A stretch of 64,000 bases of DNA, from contig CAWDVP010000006.1 of NCBI GenBank assembly GCA_963805945.1, forward strand, positions 128,001 to 192,000. The letters are read 5' to 3'. The translations under genes and the position numbers were made by a program. Source of the stretch: Vulcanimicrobiota bacterium (GTDB lineage: Bacteria > Vulcanimicrobiota > Vulcanimicrobiia > Eremiobacterales > Eremiobacteraceae). The notes below the pieces were generated by a model. It worked only from the letters and a program-made list of their open reading frames with translations, searched no databases and was not told the DNA's origin. Shown in pieces: positions 40,047 to 50,288 of the stretch. The stretch's first letter is position 1. Every line of letters begins with the position of its first letter.

Positions 40047-42691
40047 AGAGCCGGCGTCGTCACCTGTGCGGACAGCGCCTTGTCGGCCATCGCTCGGATG
40101 TCTTCGAGGTTCGCCTGTGTCACCTCGTCCAAACCGCCGCGGTCGAGCGCCTGCGTGCAGCGCTGCGACAGCGTCGCCAGGTGATGGCGCGCCAGCGCTT
40201 TCGCATCGGTCGGCGTGCCGGGATCCGGCCGCAAGGCGATGTGCACCAGCAGTTCCGCGTACCGATGCTGGAGGCTGCGGTGGATCACGTTCACGCTCAC
40301 CAGGCCGCGCGTCTGGAGATCGCCGTAGATGCTCTGGTCGGTCCAATCGAACAGATCCGATAGGCTCATCGTCTGGCCGGCCTTGCTCGTACGCAGCTCC
40401 ATGCTGTCGAGGCGCGTCATCACGTTGGGCTGGAACATCCGTCGCAGGGCAGCGACTTGGAAAGTCGTCACCGACACCTCGATTGGGAAGTCGAGCCGAC
40501 CAGTGTCGTTGGCATCGGCCTCCCAGTGCTCCCAGCGCGACGAGCCCATGCTGTTGATCAGCTGCGGCGAGAGGTTGAAGGCGTTGTCGCTGAACGCGTA
40601 GCGGTCGAGCAGCACGTACGCGCGCCGCTCGTCGGCCCGCGGGATCGGGATGAACGGTGTCTTCGCGTTGGGATCGCCCTTGTGGTTGCGCGTGAAGTAC
40701 TCGGCGCCAATGTACGTGGTCGGTACGAGCGTGTAGCGATACCAGTTGCGCAGCACGAGCATGACGTCTCGGCGCACCTGCTCGTAGCTGTCGCCGTTGA
40801 TCGGACGGCGCGACAGCAGGATGCTGAACATGCGCTGGTCCGTCGCGAGATTGTTCGCGGCGAAATGCAGCGGATCGGTGGTGAGATTGAACGGCGCGAA
40901 GCGCGGATCGCTCGAAAAGCCGTTCGCCAGCGCCGAATCCTCGTCGGTCGAGTAGAACAGCGCCGGCTGGGTGTATTGCGAGGCCAGCGCGCGCAGCGTC
41001 GGCAGCTCGCCTTCCGCCGAGCTCGCGTTGATCGGCTCATAGCCGTACTTTATCTGCGCGTAGTCCCACGGCCCGAGCCCGAGCTGGAACAGCGCGCCCT
41101 GCGGCTGGCCATGTGGCGACAGGTTGATCGGCGTGTACGCCATCACCGAGCCGACGATGCCTTGTGACGTTTTGCTCTGCACGTGCGCATTCGTGTAGAT
41201 GACCTCGGAGCCGAAGTTGTGGCGCAGCCCGAGCACGTGACCGAACTCGTGCAGCATGACCTGTTTGAGACTGTCGTAGGTGTACTGCTCCGGCGGCTCG
41301 CCGGCGAACTTGCCGTCGAGCGCGAGCGCAAGCGTCGCCCAATCGCGCTGCGCCGCCATTTCCGTGCCCAGCGCGCAGTCGTGCAACTGGCAGGCGAGCT
41401 GTGTGGCCGTCGATGCGCCCATGGTCGGGTCGATGAGCTCCTTATACGCCACGGTGTAGCCGCGCACTTCGTTCGCGTCGAAGATGACCTCGCCGCGGAA
41501 TATCTCGCCCGTGAGCGGATCCGGAATGGACGGACCGGCCGCGCCGAACGCCGGGATCGGCGTGGTCGCCCAGCGCACGATCGAATAACGCGCGTCATCG
41601 GGATCCCAATTCGGATCGTCGGGCTGTTGGCGCACCTCGATGGCGTGGGTGATGCCGATCGCCTCGAACGCCTTGTTCCAAGCGAGGATCGCGTCGCGCA
41701 TCGCTGGCCGGTATTCCGTGGGGATCTCGTTGAGCAGATAGAACACGATCGGGTTCTTGGCAGGCGAGACCTTTGCGGTCGGATCGGTCTTCTGGATGTT
41801 CCAGCGGTTGATGTAGACGACGAAGCTGGAGTCGCCACGCATCTGGTCGTCGTATTGCCGGCGTGCCGTCAAGAAGTAGCCGCCGCGGTCATCTGCGATG
41901 CGCGGCCGGTAGCCGTCGTTCGGCAGCTCCAAGATGCTATTGTGGATCTTCAAGAGCAGGAAGCGCGAGTCGGGCACCGCGTCGATCCCCGCATCCGGCG
42001 TGCTCGAGCTCCACGTGAGATCGGTTTCGATCTCGACGTTCTTGGGAAACGACTTCGTCGGGCCGTAGTAGCTGAGGCTGCGATTAAGGTTATAGCGCGC
42101 CTGCGGCGTGGTATTCCCCTGGTTGAGCGGATCCGAGATGTCGTTGAGGTCCGTCATGAGGAAGTCCGCGGGGAACACGATGTCGCCGGTCGCCTTGTTG
42201 ATCGAGGCGATCGAGTCTGAATTCACCACCGAGGGAGGATACGAATTCGCCACGCTCAGCGCCGCCGACGTGTTCGGCTTGGCCTTGCCGTACGGGTTGT
42301 CTTCGACGAGCAGTATCTTGTCGCCGGCGCGCTGGAACCTGATGATGGTCGAGCCGAACGGGATGCCGGCCACCAGGAAACGCTGCGCATCGACGCCGTT
42401 GACCAGCGTCGGGACGAGCAAGTACGGCGTGTCGAGCTGCGAGGGGGCGATCTCGAACCACACCCTGCCCTGCTTGCGCCACACGGTGAACAGGCCGGGC
42501 TGGGAGTCGGCACCGTCTTTGAATTTGTCGTAGGGCACGCCGACCTCGCCGTTGCTGGGAGTCGGGCTGCCGACCGGCGTGATGGACACGGGGACGGCGA
42601 CGACCGTGCCGGCCGACAAAACGCGCGCGGGAACGGCGGATACGATGAAGACCAGCGCTAGAAGCGCCAGTGCACGATATGAGCTGCGCAA
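40043..42691 (-). CDS. zinc-dependent metalloprotease (DUF5117/DUF5118/EcxA-like)
   Basis: PRIADDRGGYF, WNKAFE, HEFGHVLGLRHNF, SVMAY Met-turn. Confidence 0.9.
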   Translation of the reverse strand: MRSSYRALALLALVFIVSAVPARVLSAGTVVAVPVSITPVGSPTPSNGEVGVPYDKFKDGADSQPGLFTVWRKQGRVWFEIAPSQLDTPYLLVPTLVNGVDAQRFLVAGIPFGSTIIRFQRAGDKILLVEDNPYGKAKPNTSAALSVANSYPPSVVNSDSIASINKATGDIVFPADFLMTDLNDISDPLNQGNTTPQARYNLNRSLSYYGPTKSFPKNVEIETDLTWSSSTPDAGIDAVPDSRFLLLKIHNSILELPNDGYRPRIADDRGGYFLTARRQYDDQMRGDSSFVVYINRWNIQKTDPTAKVSPAKNPIVFYLLNEIPTEYRPAMRDAILAWNKAFEAIGITHAIEVRQQPDDPNWDPDDARYSIVRWATTPIPAFGAAGPSIPDPLTGEIFRGEVIFDANEVRGYTVAYKELIDPTMGASTATQLACQLHDCALGTEMAAQRDWATLALALDGKFAGEPPEQYTYDSLKQVMLHEFGHVLGLRHNFGSEVIYTNAHVQSKTSQGIVGSVMAYTPINLSPHGQPQGALFQLGLGPWDYAQIKYGYEPINASSAEGELPTLRALASQYTQPALFYSTDEDSALANGFSSDPRFAPFNLTTDPLHFAANNLATDQRMFSILLSRRPINGDSYEQVRRDVMLVLRNWYRYTLVPTTYIGAEYFTRNHKGDPNAKTPFIPIPRADERRAYVLLDRYAFSDNAFNLSPQLINSMGSSRWEHWEADANDTGRLDFPIEVSVTTFQVAALRRMFQPNVMTRLDSMELRTSKAGQTMSLSDLFDWTDQSIYGDLQTRGLVSVNVIHRSLQHRYAELLVHIALRPDPGTPTDAKALARHHLATLSQRCTQALDRGGLDEVTQANLEDIRAMADKALSAQVTTPAL

Positions 42692-42750
42692 GGTGGGGAG
42701 ACCTCCGATGGTGATCCAGGATGCCGTGACTTGCGGCCTGGCTACGACGC

Positions 42751-43866
42751 TTGAGGGGCCGCGACCTTGAGCGCGTCGTAGGTGCCCTGGTGACCGACCA
42801 GACGGCAGCGCTCGCGGTGCGCTTCCTGACCGCCGTGGTCCCCAAGGCCGCGGCCGCACTGCGAAAGCTCAATAAGCGCGCTCGCGCCATCCCGGACCCT
42901 GCGATTCGGCGCGAGGCGCTGTCGAGCTTGCGCCACAAGGCCTTTCACGTCCATGGTGGCTGCGTGTTCGCGACATTTCTCGAGCCCGCGGCTGCGACGC
43001 GCTTCGTCGAACTCGTCGCGACGTATGAGACCGCGGTCGATTATCTCGACAACCTGTGCGATCGCATCGGCACCGCTGATGAAGCCGATTTCCGCGCTCT
43101 GCACGAGTCGCTGATCGACGCGATCACGCCAGACGCTCCGTTGCGTAACTACTTCCGGCACCGCGCCGGTGACGACGGCGGCTACCTGGCCGAGCTGGTC
43201 GTCCGCTCTCAGGCGTCCTTCGGTGGCTTGCCCGCCTACGATGCGGTGCGCGCTTCGGTCAAGGATGTGACCGAGCGCTACTGCGAACTGCAGGCGCTCA
43301 AACATCTCGCACCGGGAGAGCGGGAGCGGCGCTGCGAGGCTGCTTTCTCGTCCGTCGCGCCGGATCTGACATGGTGGGAAGCCGCCGCGGGCTGCGGCTC
43401 GACCATGTCGACCTTCGCCCTGACGTATGCAGCCGCGACGCCCTCGATCAGCGTGACACGCGAGAAGGCGATCTTCGCCGCCTACTTCCCGTATTTCACC
43501 GCACTGCACATCCTGCTCGACTATCTGGTCGACCAAGAGGAAGATCGCGCGCACGGCGAGCTCAACTTCGTCGCGCGTTACACCGACGCGGATGCCGCGC
43601 GCGAAGGCATCGTGCGCATCGCACGTGAGACCGACGCGCGCGTGCAATCGCTCGAGGATAGCGAGGTGCACCGCTTCGCTTTGCGCGCGATGTGCGGCTA
43701 CTACTGTACCCGGCCGACGCTCGCGAACACCGCCGGGCGCGCGACGACGCGCGAGATTTTCAACGCGGTCGGCATCGAGGTGGATGAGAGGACGGGCCTG
43801 CCGCGCCTCGGGGATCAACGGCTGCAGCCGCTGCTCGAGCTGTATGCGCGGATGAGCCGTCTCTAG
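42751..43866 (+). CDS. tetraprenyl-beta-curcumene synthase-like protein (YtpB/DUF2600)
   Basis: KAFHVHGG, DYLDNLCDR, DDGGYL..LV, WWEAAAGCGST, LHILLDYLVDQEED..GELNFV. Confidence 0.85.
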   Translation: MRGRDLERVVGALVTDQTAALAVRFLTAVVPKAAAALRKLNKRARAIPDPAIRREALSSLRHKAFHVHGGCVFATFLEPAAATRFVELVATYETAVDYLDNLCDRIGTADEADFRALHESLIDAITPDAPLRNYFRHRAGDDGGYLAELVVRSQASFGGLPAYDAVRASVKDVTERYCELQALKHLAPGERERRCEAAFSSVAPDLTWWEAAAGCGSTMSTFALTYAAATPSISVTREKAIFAAYFPYFTALHILLDYLVDQEEDRAHGELNFVARYTDADAAREGIVRIARETDARVQSLEDSEVHRFALRAMCGYYCTRPTLANTAGRATTREIFNAVGIEVDERTGLPRLGDQRLQPLLELYARMSRL

Positions 43867-43891
43867 CGGTCGAATGAATTCGACCGTCCAT
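43864..43891. repeat. REP family A copy overlapping the DUF2600 stop codon
   Basis: TAGcggtcgaatgaattcgaccgtccat. Confidence 0.85.
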
Positions 43892-43917
43892 AGGTCGTTC
43901 TATTTATCCAATCGATA

Positions 43918-43926
43918 TGGTATAAT
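43918..43926 (+). promoter_or_regulatory. extended -10 promoter of rnpB
   Basis: TGGTATAAT about 6 nt before the RNA 5' end. Confidence 0.75.
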
Positions 43927-43932
43927 CCCCGA

Positions 43933-44303
43933 GCCGAGCGCGCCGGGCGATCGCGGACGGGTCACACCGTCTGAGGAAAGTCCGGGCTCCATCGGGCGAG
44001 GGTGCCAGTTAACGGCTGGTCGGGGCAACTCGAAGGAAAGTGCCACAGAAACATACCGCCTGCGGCGCAAGCCGTGTGGTAAGGGTGAAATGGTGCGGTA
44101 AGAGCGCACCGGAGCTGTCGGAAGGCAGCTGACGGGTAAACCCCACTCGGAGCAAGACGGTTGGGATCGTCTCCGCAAGGAGACGCCGGCTGCCCGCCGG
44201 CCCCCACCAATGTCGCATCAGGCGTCCGGCGACGGACGTCGCAGAGAGATGATCGCCGCGGCTTTCGGGCCGCACAGAACCCGGCTTACAGGCGCGTCTC
44301 GGT
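43933..44303 (+). ncRNA. rnpB: RNase P RNA (class A)
   Basis: GAGGAAAGTCCGGGC, GAAAGTGCCACAGAAA, GGTAAACCCC, ACAGAACCCGGCTTA; the two ends pair. Confidence 0.97.
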
Positions 44304-44308
44304 ATTTC

Positions 44309-44704
44309 TCACGTGCGTTTGCGCGGCAACGGTCTGCGGGCGGCGAAGCCCTCATCGACCGCGTGCCAAAAACGTATGTCCGGCTCGTCCATCTTCCAAC
44401 ACAGGTTCACAAGCTCGCCGCCGCGCAGCGCCGGGAAATCGACCAATCCAAGATCGATGTCCTTGACGACGCATCCGTGGCGCTCGATCTCCTCGATGAG
44501 GCCGCGCAGCGCTTCGACCGTGTCGCGCGCTTCGCTGTGCGCCACGAGCGGATCATGCCCGCCGGCCTGCGCGCTGAAATTGCGCGCGACTTCTTCTTCC
44601 AGCAACGCGATGGCCGCATCGCGGCGGCGCCGCACGAGCCGGTCGAGCAGCGGGCGCAGCGTCGGCAGCAGTGCCGTCGCCTCGTCGAGCCTGAAGATCT
44701 TCAC
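44309..44704 (-). CDS. DUF2203 family protein
   Basis: F.LDEA..LP; KDIDLGLVDFP..LCWK.DE.I.FWH..GFAARRPL. Confidence 0.9.
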   Translation of the reverse strand: MKIFRLDEATALLPTLRPLLDRLVRRRRDAAIALLEEEVARNFSAQAGGHDPLVAHSEARDTVEALRGLIEEIERHGCVVKDIDLGLVDFPALRGGELVNLCWKMDEPDIRFWHAVDEGFAARRPLPRKRT

Positions 44705-44799
44705 GCGTCCGTGTTTCGCGCTGGCAAACGGGGCTCCCCGCCAGTGCCCTCTGCCCCAACCGCGGGACTAAACCCCTGGGATGGCCAATACTCGAAGAC

Positions 44800-45718
44800 G
44801 TGAAGTCGCAACCGCTCGAGCAAACCGCACAGCCGCCGCGCGAGCCCGCGCGCGCGTTGCCGTCCCCGCATGTGGTCATCGTCACCGGCATGTCGGGCGC
44901 GGGCAAGAGCCAGGCCGCGAAATGCCTCGAGGACCTCGGCTACTTCTGCGTCGACAACCTCCCGCCGAGCCTCATCCCGAAGTTCGCCGAGCTGTTCTCC
45001 AGCAGCAGCAACTTGCGCCGCGTCGCGCTCGTCCTCGACATCCGCGGTGAAGAGATGTTCGGCGATCTCGTCGGGCAACTGCGCGCGCTGAGCCAAGAAC
45101 GCGTCGCCTACCGGGTCGTCTTCCTCGACGCGAGCGACGAGGTGCTCGTCCGGCGCTACTCGGAGACGCGCCGCAAGCATCCGCTCTCGGATCGCGGCCG
45201 CATCATCGACAGCATCGTCGCCGAACGCGGCGAGCTCAAACCGATCCGCGACGCGGCCGACGTCATCATCGACACCTCGACGCTCACGCTGGCCGCGCTC
45301 AAGCAGCGGCTCGCGCATGCGGCCGATGCGGCCACCGAAGCGGGCGTCCTCAACGTCTCGATCGTGGCGTTCGGCTACAAGTACGGCGTGCCGCTCGACG
45401 CCGACCTCGTCTTCGACGTGCGCTTCCTGCCCAATCCGAACTACGTCGACGAGCTGCGCGAGCTCACGGGCGCGCATCCGGCGGTCGTCGCCTACCTCGC
45501 GCCGCGACGAGGACACGCAGGCCTTCATGCGCGAGCTGTTCCGCTTCGTCGATTTCCTGCTGCCGCGCTTCGAGCGCGAGGGCAAGGCGCACCTCACCAT
45601 CGCGATCGGCTGCACCGGCGGCCGTCATCGCTCGGTCTTCCTGGCGAACGAACTCGCCGCACACCTGCGCGATGGCAACGTGCGCGCGACCGTGGAGTTC
45701 CGCGATGCGCAACGGTAG
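44800..45718 (+). CDS. rapZ: RNase adapter RapZ/YvcJ; frameshift near 45500
   Basis: TGMSGAGKS, VDNLPP, FGYKYG, DVRFLPNP; GCTGGRHRSV in another frame. Confidence 0.92.
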
Positions 45719-47066
45719 CGGCGCGTCCAGCATTTGGCGCTCGCTTCGCTGGCTGACCCCAGGCATGAAGGTCAAGCGCTGGCTGCTGCTCGCGATCGGC
45801 GGCGGTGCGCTCTTCCTCAACGGCTTCGGACGGCTGCTGGGCTCGGTGCACCTCGACTTCCACATCAACGATTACATCGACCGTCAGCTCATCGCTCGCG
45901 ACATGATCTCGCGCGCGACCATCGAGTGGGTCTTCATGGCCATCGGGCTTTTCTGCGTCTACTTGGGCATCCGCCAATGGATGCGCTCGATCGTGTCTGC
46001 GGTGAGCCCGCGCGACGAACAGCGCTTGATGGATGTCGTCTACGAACGGCGCCAGCTCGACCGCGGCTATCGCATCGTCGCCATCGGCGGCGGCACGGGC
46101 CTCTCGACGCTGCTGCGCGGCCTCAAGCAGTATACCTCGCAGCTCACCGCGATCGTCACCGTCACAGATGACGGGGGCTCCAGCGGCCGCCTCCGCCACG
46201 AGCTGGGCGTGCTGCCTCCAGGCGACATCCGCAACTGTCTGGTCGCGCTCGCCGACGACGAATCGACCATGGCCGAGCTCTTCCAATACCGCTTCGATGA
46301 GGGCGACGGGCTGTCAGGCCACTCCTTCGGCAATCTCTTCATCGCCGCGATGTGCGGCATCGCCGGCGACTTCGACAGCGCCATCAAGGAGAGCAGCAAG
46401 GTGCTCGCGATCAAGGGGCGCGTGCTGCCGTCCACGCTGTCGGATATCTCCCTTGAAGCGACGCTCACCGACGGCACGACGCTGCGCGGCGAGACCTCCA
46501 TCTCGCAAGCGCACTCACGCATCGCGTCGATCCGGATCATACCAGAGACCTGCGAGCCGCTCGACGAGGCGATCGAGGCGATTCTCGCGGCCGATGCCAT
46601 CATCCTCGGCCCGGGCAGCTTGTATACGAGCGTCATGCCGAACCTGCTCGTGCCCGGCATCGCCGAGGCGGTCGAGCGCTCGATGGCCTTCAAGATCTAC
46701 GTCTGCAACATCATGACGCAGCCCGGCGAGACCGACGGCATGTCTGCGGCCGATCACGTGCGGACGCTGCTCGAGGGCACGAAGCGGCAAGTGTTCGAGT
46801 ATGTGCTCGTCAACGTCGAGCAGCCGCACCGTTTGCTCAAGCGTTATGAATCCGACGGCGCCTACCAGGTCCGCCCGGACGTCAAGGCGGTCACTGCGAT
46901 GGGCGTGACGCCGCTGTTCGGCAAGTTCGTGTCGGAAGAGCAGCTCGTGCGCCATGACTCGCAAAAACTTGCGCACAGTCTCATGCGTTTGATCGTCGAC
47001 AAGCTCGAGGGCCGCGGCCTGCCAGGCGACGAGCAGGTCCTCGACAGCCAAGCCACCGCGCGCTAG
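45705..47066 (+). CDS. yvcK: YvcK/GlmR gluconeogenesis factor with N-terminal TMs
   Basis: GGGTGLS, DDGGSSG, PPGDIRNC, GPGSLYTS. Confidence 0.93.
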   Translation: MRNGSGASSIWRSLRWLTPGMKVKRWLLLAIGGGALFLNGFGRLLGSVHLDFHINDYIDRQLIARDMISRATIEWVFMAIGLFCVYLGIRQWMRSIVSAVSPRDEQRLMDVVYERRQLDRGYRIVAIGGGTGLSTLLRGLKQYTSQLTAIVTVTDDGGSSGRLRHELGVLPPGDIRNCLVALADDESTMAELFQYRFDEGDGLSGHSFGNLFIAAMCGIAGDFDSAIKESSKVLAIKGRVLPSTLSDISLEATLTDGTTLRGETSISQAHSRIASIRIIPETCEPLDEAIEAILAADAIILGPGSLYTSVMPNLLVPGIAEAVERSMAFKIYVCNIMTQPGETDGMSAADHVRTLLEGTKRQVFEYVLVNVEQPHRLLKRYESDGAYQVRPDVKAVTAMGVTPLFGKFVSEEQLVRHDSQKLAHSLMRLIVDKLEGRGLPGDEQVLDSQATAR

Positions 47067-48154
47067 TCCCTCGGTCGCTCCGTACTCGACACTTCAGCCA
47101 GGATTTCTTCGGGCAGCCGTCCCTTGCGCAGTTCGCGGACGCCGCCTTTGACAACCAGCGCGGAGGCGGTTGCCATCGCGACCCGCTTTCCCTCGGCGTT
47201 GTCGATATTGCAAGAGCTGACCCGCAGCAGTCTGCCGCGATGATTCACCGTCGCGTCGAGCGTGAAATCTCCGGAGTTGATGAGGGCCGGTCGTGTGAAC
47301 CGGATCTGCATGTCCAACGTCGCGAAGACGTCGCCGGCCGAAAGCGTGGAATACACGGCCGCCCCCATCGTGAAGTCTGCTGCCCATGCGAGCAGTCCAC
47401 CGTAGATCGAAGGGCCGCCGTTCGACAACCAGGCCGAAGACGGCAGGACGGCAGTGAGTCGGCCGTCCTCGACCAACGTCGGACGATAGCCGGTGAGCTG
47501 CCATACAGGGAAGACCTTTTCGCCCGAGACCGTTCGCCGTTGCAGGTCGATCGGGGTCCCGTTCATCACCTCATCCAGGCCGAAATAGCCGTCGTCGGGA
47601 GCCGGCCGCAGATAGGGGTCCGTAAGATCGGCCGGCCAGACATCAGGCGGCGGGTACTCCGCTCTCAAGTCCACCGGCACATCGGAGATCAGGCACCGGG
47701 TGCTCCCAAACGCAAGCAGGCGCCCTTCCTGATCGGTGATCTGGATGCTCGACAACCCCACCTGATTCCCCGAGTGGATGATCTCGGCACGCCCGATCAT
47801 GTCCGTCGTCTTCCTGCTCATCGGCCTCACGAATGACAAGCTCAGCTCGGACGTCGTGACGGTCTTCCCAGCGGGCAGCGTCGTCCAGATGGCGGCGGCG
47901 AGCGGCGCGTCAGCGAAGAGCGCGTACACGCCGCCCCAATACAAACCGAAACCGTCCTCCAACCATCGCGTCACCGGCATCGTGAACGTCGTCTTGCCGA
48001 GGCCTGCCTCAGTCGGCCGCATTCCAACGAGTCGAAAAACGGGAGGGGCTGGCAGATCGCCGCGGATGTAACGCCTGAATGTTTCCAGACCGGGTTTCTG
48101 AAACGCGCGCAGATCTCCGATCGATCCCCTGGCGCGCTCGTCCATGTGGCTCAT
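47063..48154 (-). CDS. double hotdog PaaI-family thioesterase
   Basis: Two hotdog units (YWGG..D..TSELSLSFVRP; YGG..D..TLDMQIRFTRP). Confidence 0.85.
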   Translation of the reverse strand: MSHMDERARGSIGDLRAFQKPGLETFRRYIRGDLPAPPVFRLVGMRPTEAGLGKTTFTMPVTRWLEDGFGLYWGGVYALFADAPLAAAIWTTLPAGKTVTTSELSLSFVRPMSRKTTDMIGRAEIIHSGNQVGLSSIQITDQEGRLLAFGSTRCLISDVPVDLRAEYPPPDVWPADLTDPYLRPAPDDGYFGLDEVMNGTPIDLQRRTVSGEKVFPVWQLTGYRPTLVEDGRLTAVLPSSAWLSNGGPSIYGGLLAWAADFTMGAAVYSTLSAGDVFATLDMQIRFTRPALINSGDFTLDATVNHRGRLLRVSSCNIDNAEGKRVAMATASALVVKGGVRELRKGRLPEEILAEVSSTERPRD

Positions 48155-49296
48155 CTCGGTAGTGATCCTGCAAGCTGGCACGCGGCGCTTTCGATCAGCT
48201 CTCGTGCTCGGCGCATAGCTTCGTCCACCGGCATCGTCGCCGGCGCGATCGCAACAGCTTTCTCTATACCCGCCGACTCGACTTCGTCATCGGACAGGGC
48301 AATGCTGCCTGCCAGCGCGATGACCGGAATCCCCCGACCGTGCGCGGCTTGGGCGACGGCATAGGGCGCCTTCCCGCTCAAGGTCTGCTTGTCGAGACGG
48401 CCCTCACCCGTGACGACCACGTCGGCGCCTTCAAGATGGCGTTGGAAATCGAGCACATCCAAGACGAGTTCGGCGCCCGGCCGCAGATGCGCGCCGACCA
48501 GCGCGAGAAAGCCGCCGCCAAAACCGCCTGCGGCGCCCGCTCCCGGCACATCGCGAACATCGACGCCGGTCGTCTTGGCGGCGACCGTGGCGAACTGTAC
48601 GAGCGCCGCATCCAACTCTGCGACGTCCGCCGGCGACGCGCCCTTTTGCGGGCCATAGATCGCCGACGCGCCATTGGGCCCGACGAGCGGATTGGTGACA
48701 TCGCAGGCGATCTCGATCGTCGCGGCCGTGAGGCGCGCCTCCAGATCCCCGGTGTCGATGTGCCGCAGCCGTATAAGCGCCGCGCCGCCCGGCGGCAGCT
48801 CCTCGGCGTTCGCGTCCAGAAAGCGCGCGCCAAGCGCGCGCAGAGCGCCCGCGCCCGCGTCGTTGGTGGCGCTGCCGCCGATCGCCACGATCACCCGGCG
48901 AGCGCCGGCGTCCAACGCGGCTGCGATGAGCTGCCCCGTGCCGTAGGTGGTCGCGGTGAGAGGATCATTGGCGCCGGGCGGCAGCAGCGCCAAGCCGCTC
49001 GCGCGGGCCAGCTCAACCACGGCCGTCGTGCCATCCCCCATGAGGCCGAAGGCCGCCCTGACAGGCGCCCCGTCGGGGCCGCTCACCTTAACCGTGACCT
49101 CGCGGCCGCCGAGCGACGAGACGAGCGCGTCAAGGGTGCCGTCGCCGCCGTCGGCGACAGGCAATAAGTCATACAAAGCATCCGGGAACACGCGCCGGAA
49201 GCCGGCCGCGATCGCCGCGGCGACTCCCGCGCCGCTCAGGCTGCCCTTGAACTTGTCGGGTGCGATGAGGATATGGAAGGGCCGTGGACCAGTCAG
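48151..49296 (-). CDS. glxK: glycerate kinase (probable CTG start)
   Basis: IAPDKFKGSL, ADGGDG, GGSATND, GAGAAGG, TGEG. Confidence 0.92.
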   Translation of the reverse strand: MTGPRPFHILIAPDKFKGSLSGAGVAAAIAAGFRRVFPDALYDLLPVADGGDGTLDALVSSLGGREVTVKVSGPDGAPVRAAFGLMGDGTTAVVELARASGLALLPPGANDPLTATTYGTGQLIAAALDAGARRVIVAIGGSATNDAGAGALRALGARFLDANAEELPPGGAALIRLRHIDTGDLEARLTAATIEIACDVTNPLVGPNGASAIYGPQKGASPADVAELDAALVQFATVAAKTTGVDVRDVPGAGAAGGFGGGFLALVGAHLRPGAELVLDVLDFQRHLEGADVVVTGEGRLDKQTLSGKAPYAVAQAAHGRGIPVIALAGSIALSDDEVESAGIEKAVAIAPATMPVDEAMRRARELIESAACQLAGSLPR

Positions 49297-50279
49297 CGTT
49301 TGAGCGCCTCAGGATTGAGCGCGTTCGGCGGCACCTCACCGTTGAAGAACGCCAGCACGTTGCGCGCCGCCATCTCTGCCATCTTGCCGCGCGTCGTGTG
49401 GCTCGCGCTGCCGATGTGCGGCAGCAGCACCGCGTTGGGCAGTTCCGCGAGACCGCTCGCCAGCTTCGGCTCGTTCTCGTAGACATCCAGGCCGGCGCCC
49501 GCGATGACGTTATCGCGCAGCGCCTGCACCAGCGCCGCCTCATCGATGACCGGTCCGCGCGACGTGTTGATGAGACATGCGGTGCGCTTCATCTTCTTCA
49601 GCGACTCCGCGTTGATGAGATGGCGCGTGCTTGGCAGCAGCGGCGTGTGCAGGCTCACGAAGTCCGATCTCGCCAACAGTTCCTCGAGCGGCACGCGCGT
49701 CGCGTGCAGCTCTTTCTCGACCTCCGGCGGAGCGGGGAAATCATCCGCATACAGCACGGTCATATCGAAACCGCGCGCGCGGCGCGCGAGGCCGCGCCCG
49801 ATCCGCCCGAAACCGACGATGCCGAGCGTCGCATGATGCACGTCGTGGCCGAGCAGCTCCATGATGCCCCAGCCGCCCCACGTGCCCGTGCGCATGAGAC
49901 GGTCGCCTTCTGCGAGGCGGCGCGCGGTGCACAGCAGCAGGGCGAACGCAAGATCGGCGGTCGTGTCGTCGAGCACGCCGGGCGTGTTGGTCATGACGAC
50001 GCCCGCGGCGGTGCCGGCCGCGATGTCGAGATTGTCGTAGCCGACGGCCACGTTGGCGACGATCTTGATGGTCGGCGCCGCGGCGAGCACCTCTGCGTCG
50101 ACCTTCTCGGTGAGCAGGCACACGAGCGCGTCGCGGTTGCGGCAGCCGCGCATCAGCTCCTCGCGGCTGGGCGCGCGGTCTTCCGACCAGACCTCGGCGA
50201 AGGTGTGCTGCGACAAGAGCGACAGCCCCGCTTCGGGGATCACCCTGCTGATGAAGACACGTGGTTTCGCGGGGCTCAT
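49293..50279 (-). CDS. D-glycerate dehydrogenase/glyoxylate reductase
   Basis: AVGYDN, GFGRIG, INTSRG, LDVYENEP, PHIGS. Confidence 0.92.
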   Translation of the reverse strand: MSPAKPRVFISRVIPEAGLSLLSQHTFAEVWSEDRAPSREELMRGCRNRDALVCLLTEKVDAEVLAAAPTIKIVANVAVGYDNLDIAAGTAAGVVMTNTPGVLDDTTADLAFALLLCTARRLAEGDRLMRTGTWGGWGIMELLGHDVHHATLGIVGFGRIGRGLARRARGFDMTVLYADDFPAPPEVEKELHATRVPLEELLARSDFVSLHTPLLPSTRHLINAESLKKMKRTACLINTSRGPVIDEAALVQALRDNVIAGAGLDVYENEPKLASGLAELPNAVLLPHIGSASHTTRGKMAEMAARNVLAFFNGEVPPNALNPEALKR

Positions 50280-50288
50280 CGCCGCGCG

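Noticed and set aside
43033..43050. REP-like cggtcgattatctcgac in the DUF2600 gene
   Set aside because: Imperfect hairpin that encodes the conserved AVDYLD motif; coincidental.
43874..44466. ORFs overlapping rnpB
   Set aside because: The region is explained by RNase P RNA and the DUF2203 gene.
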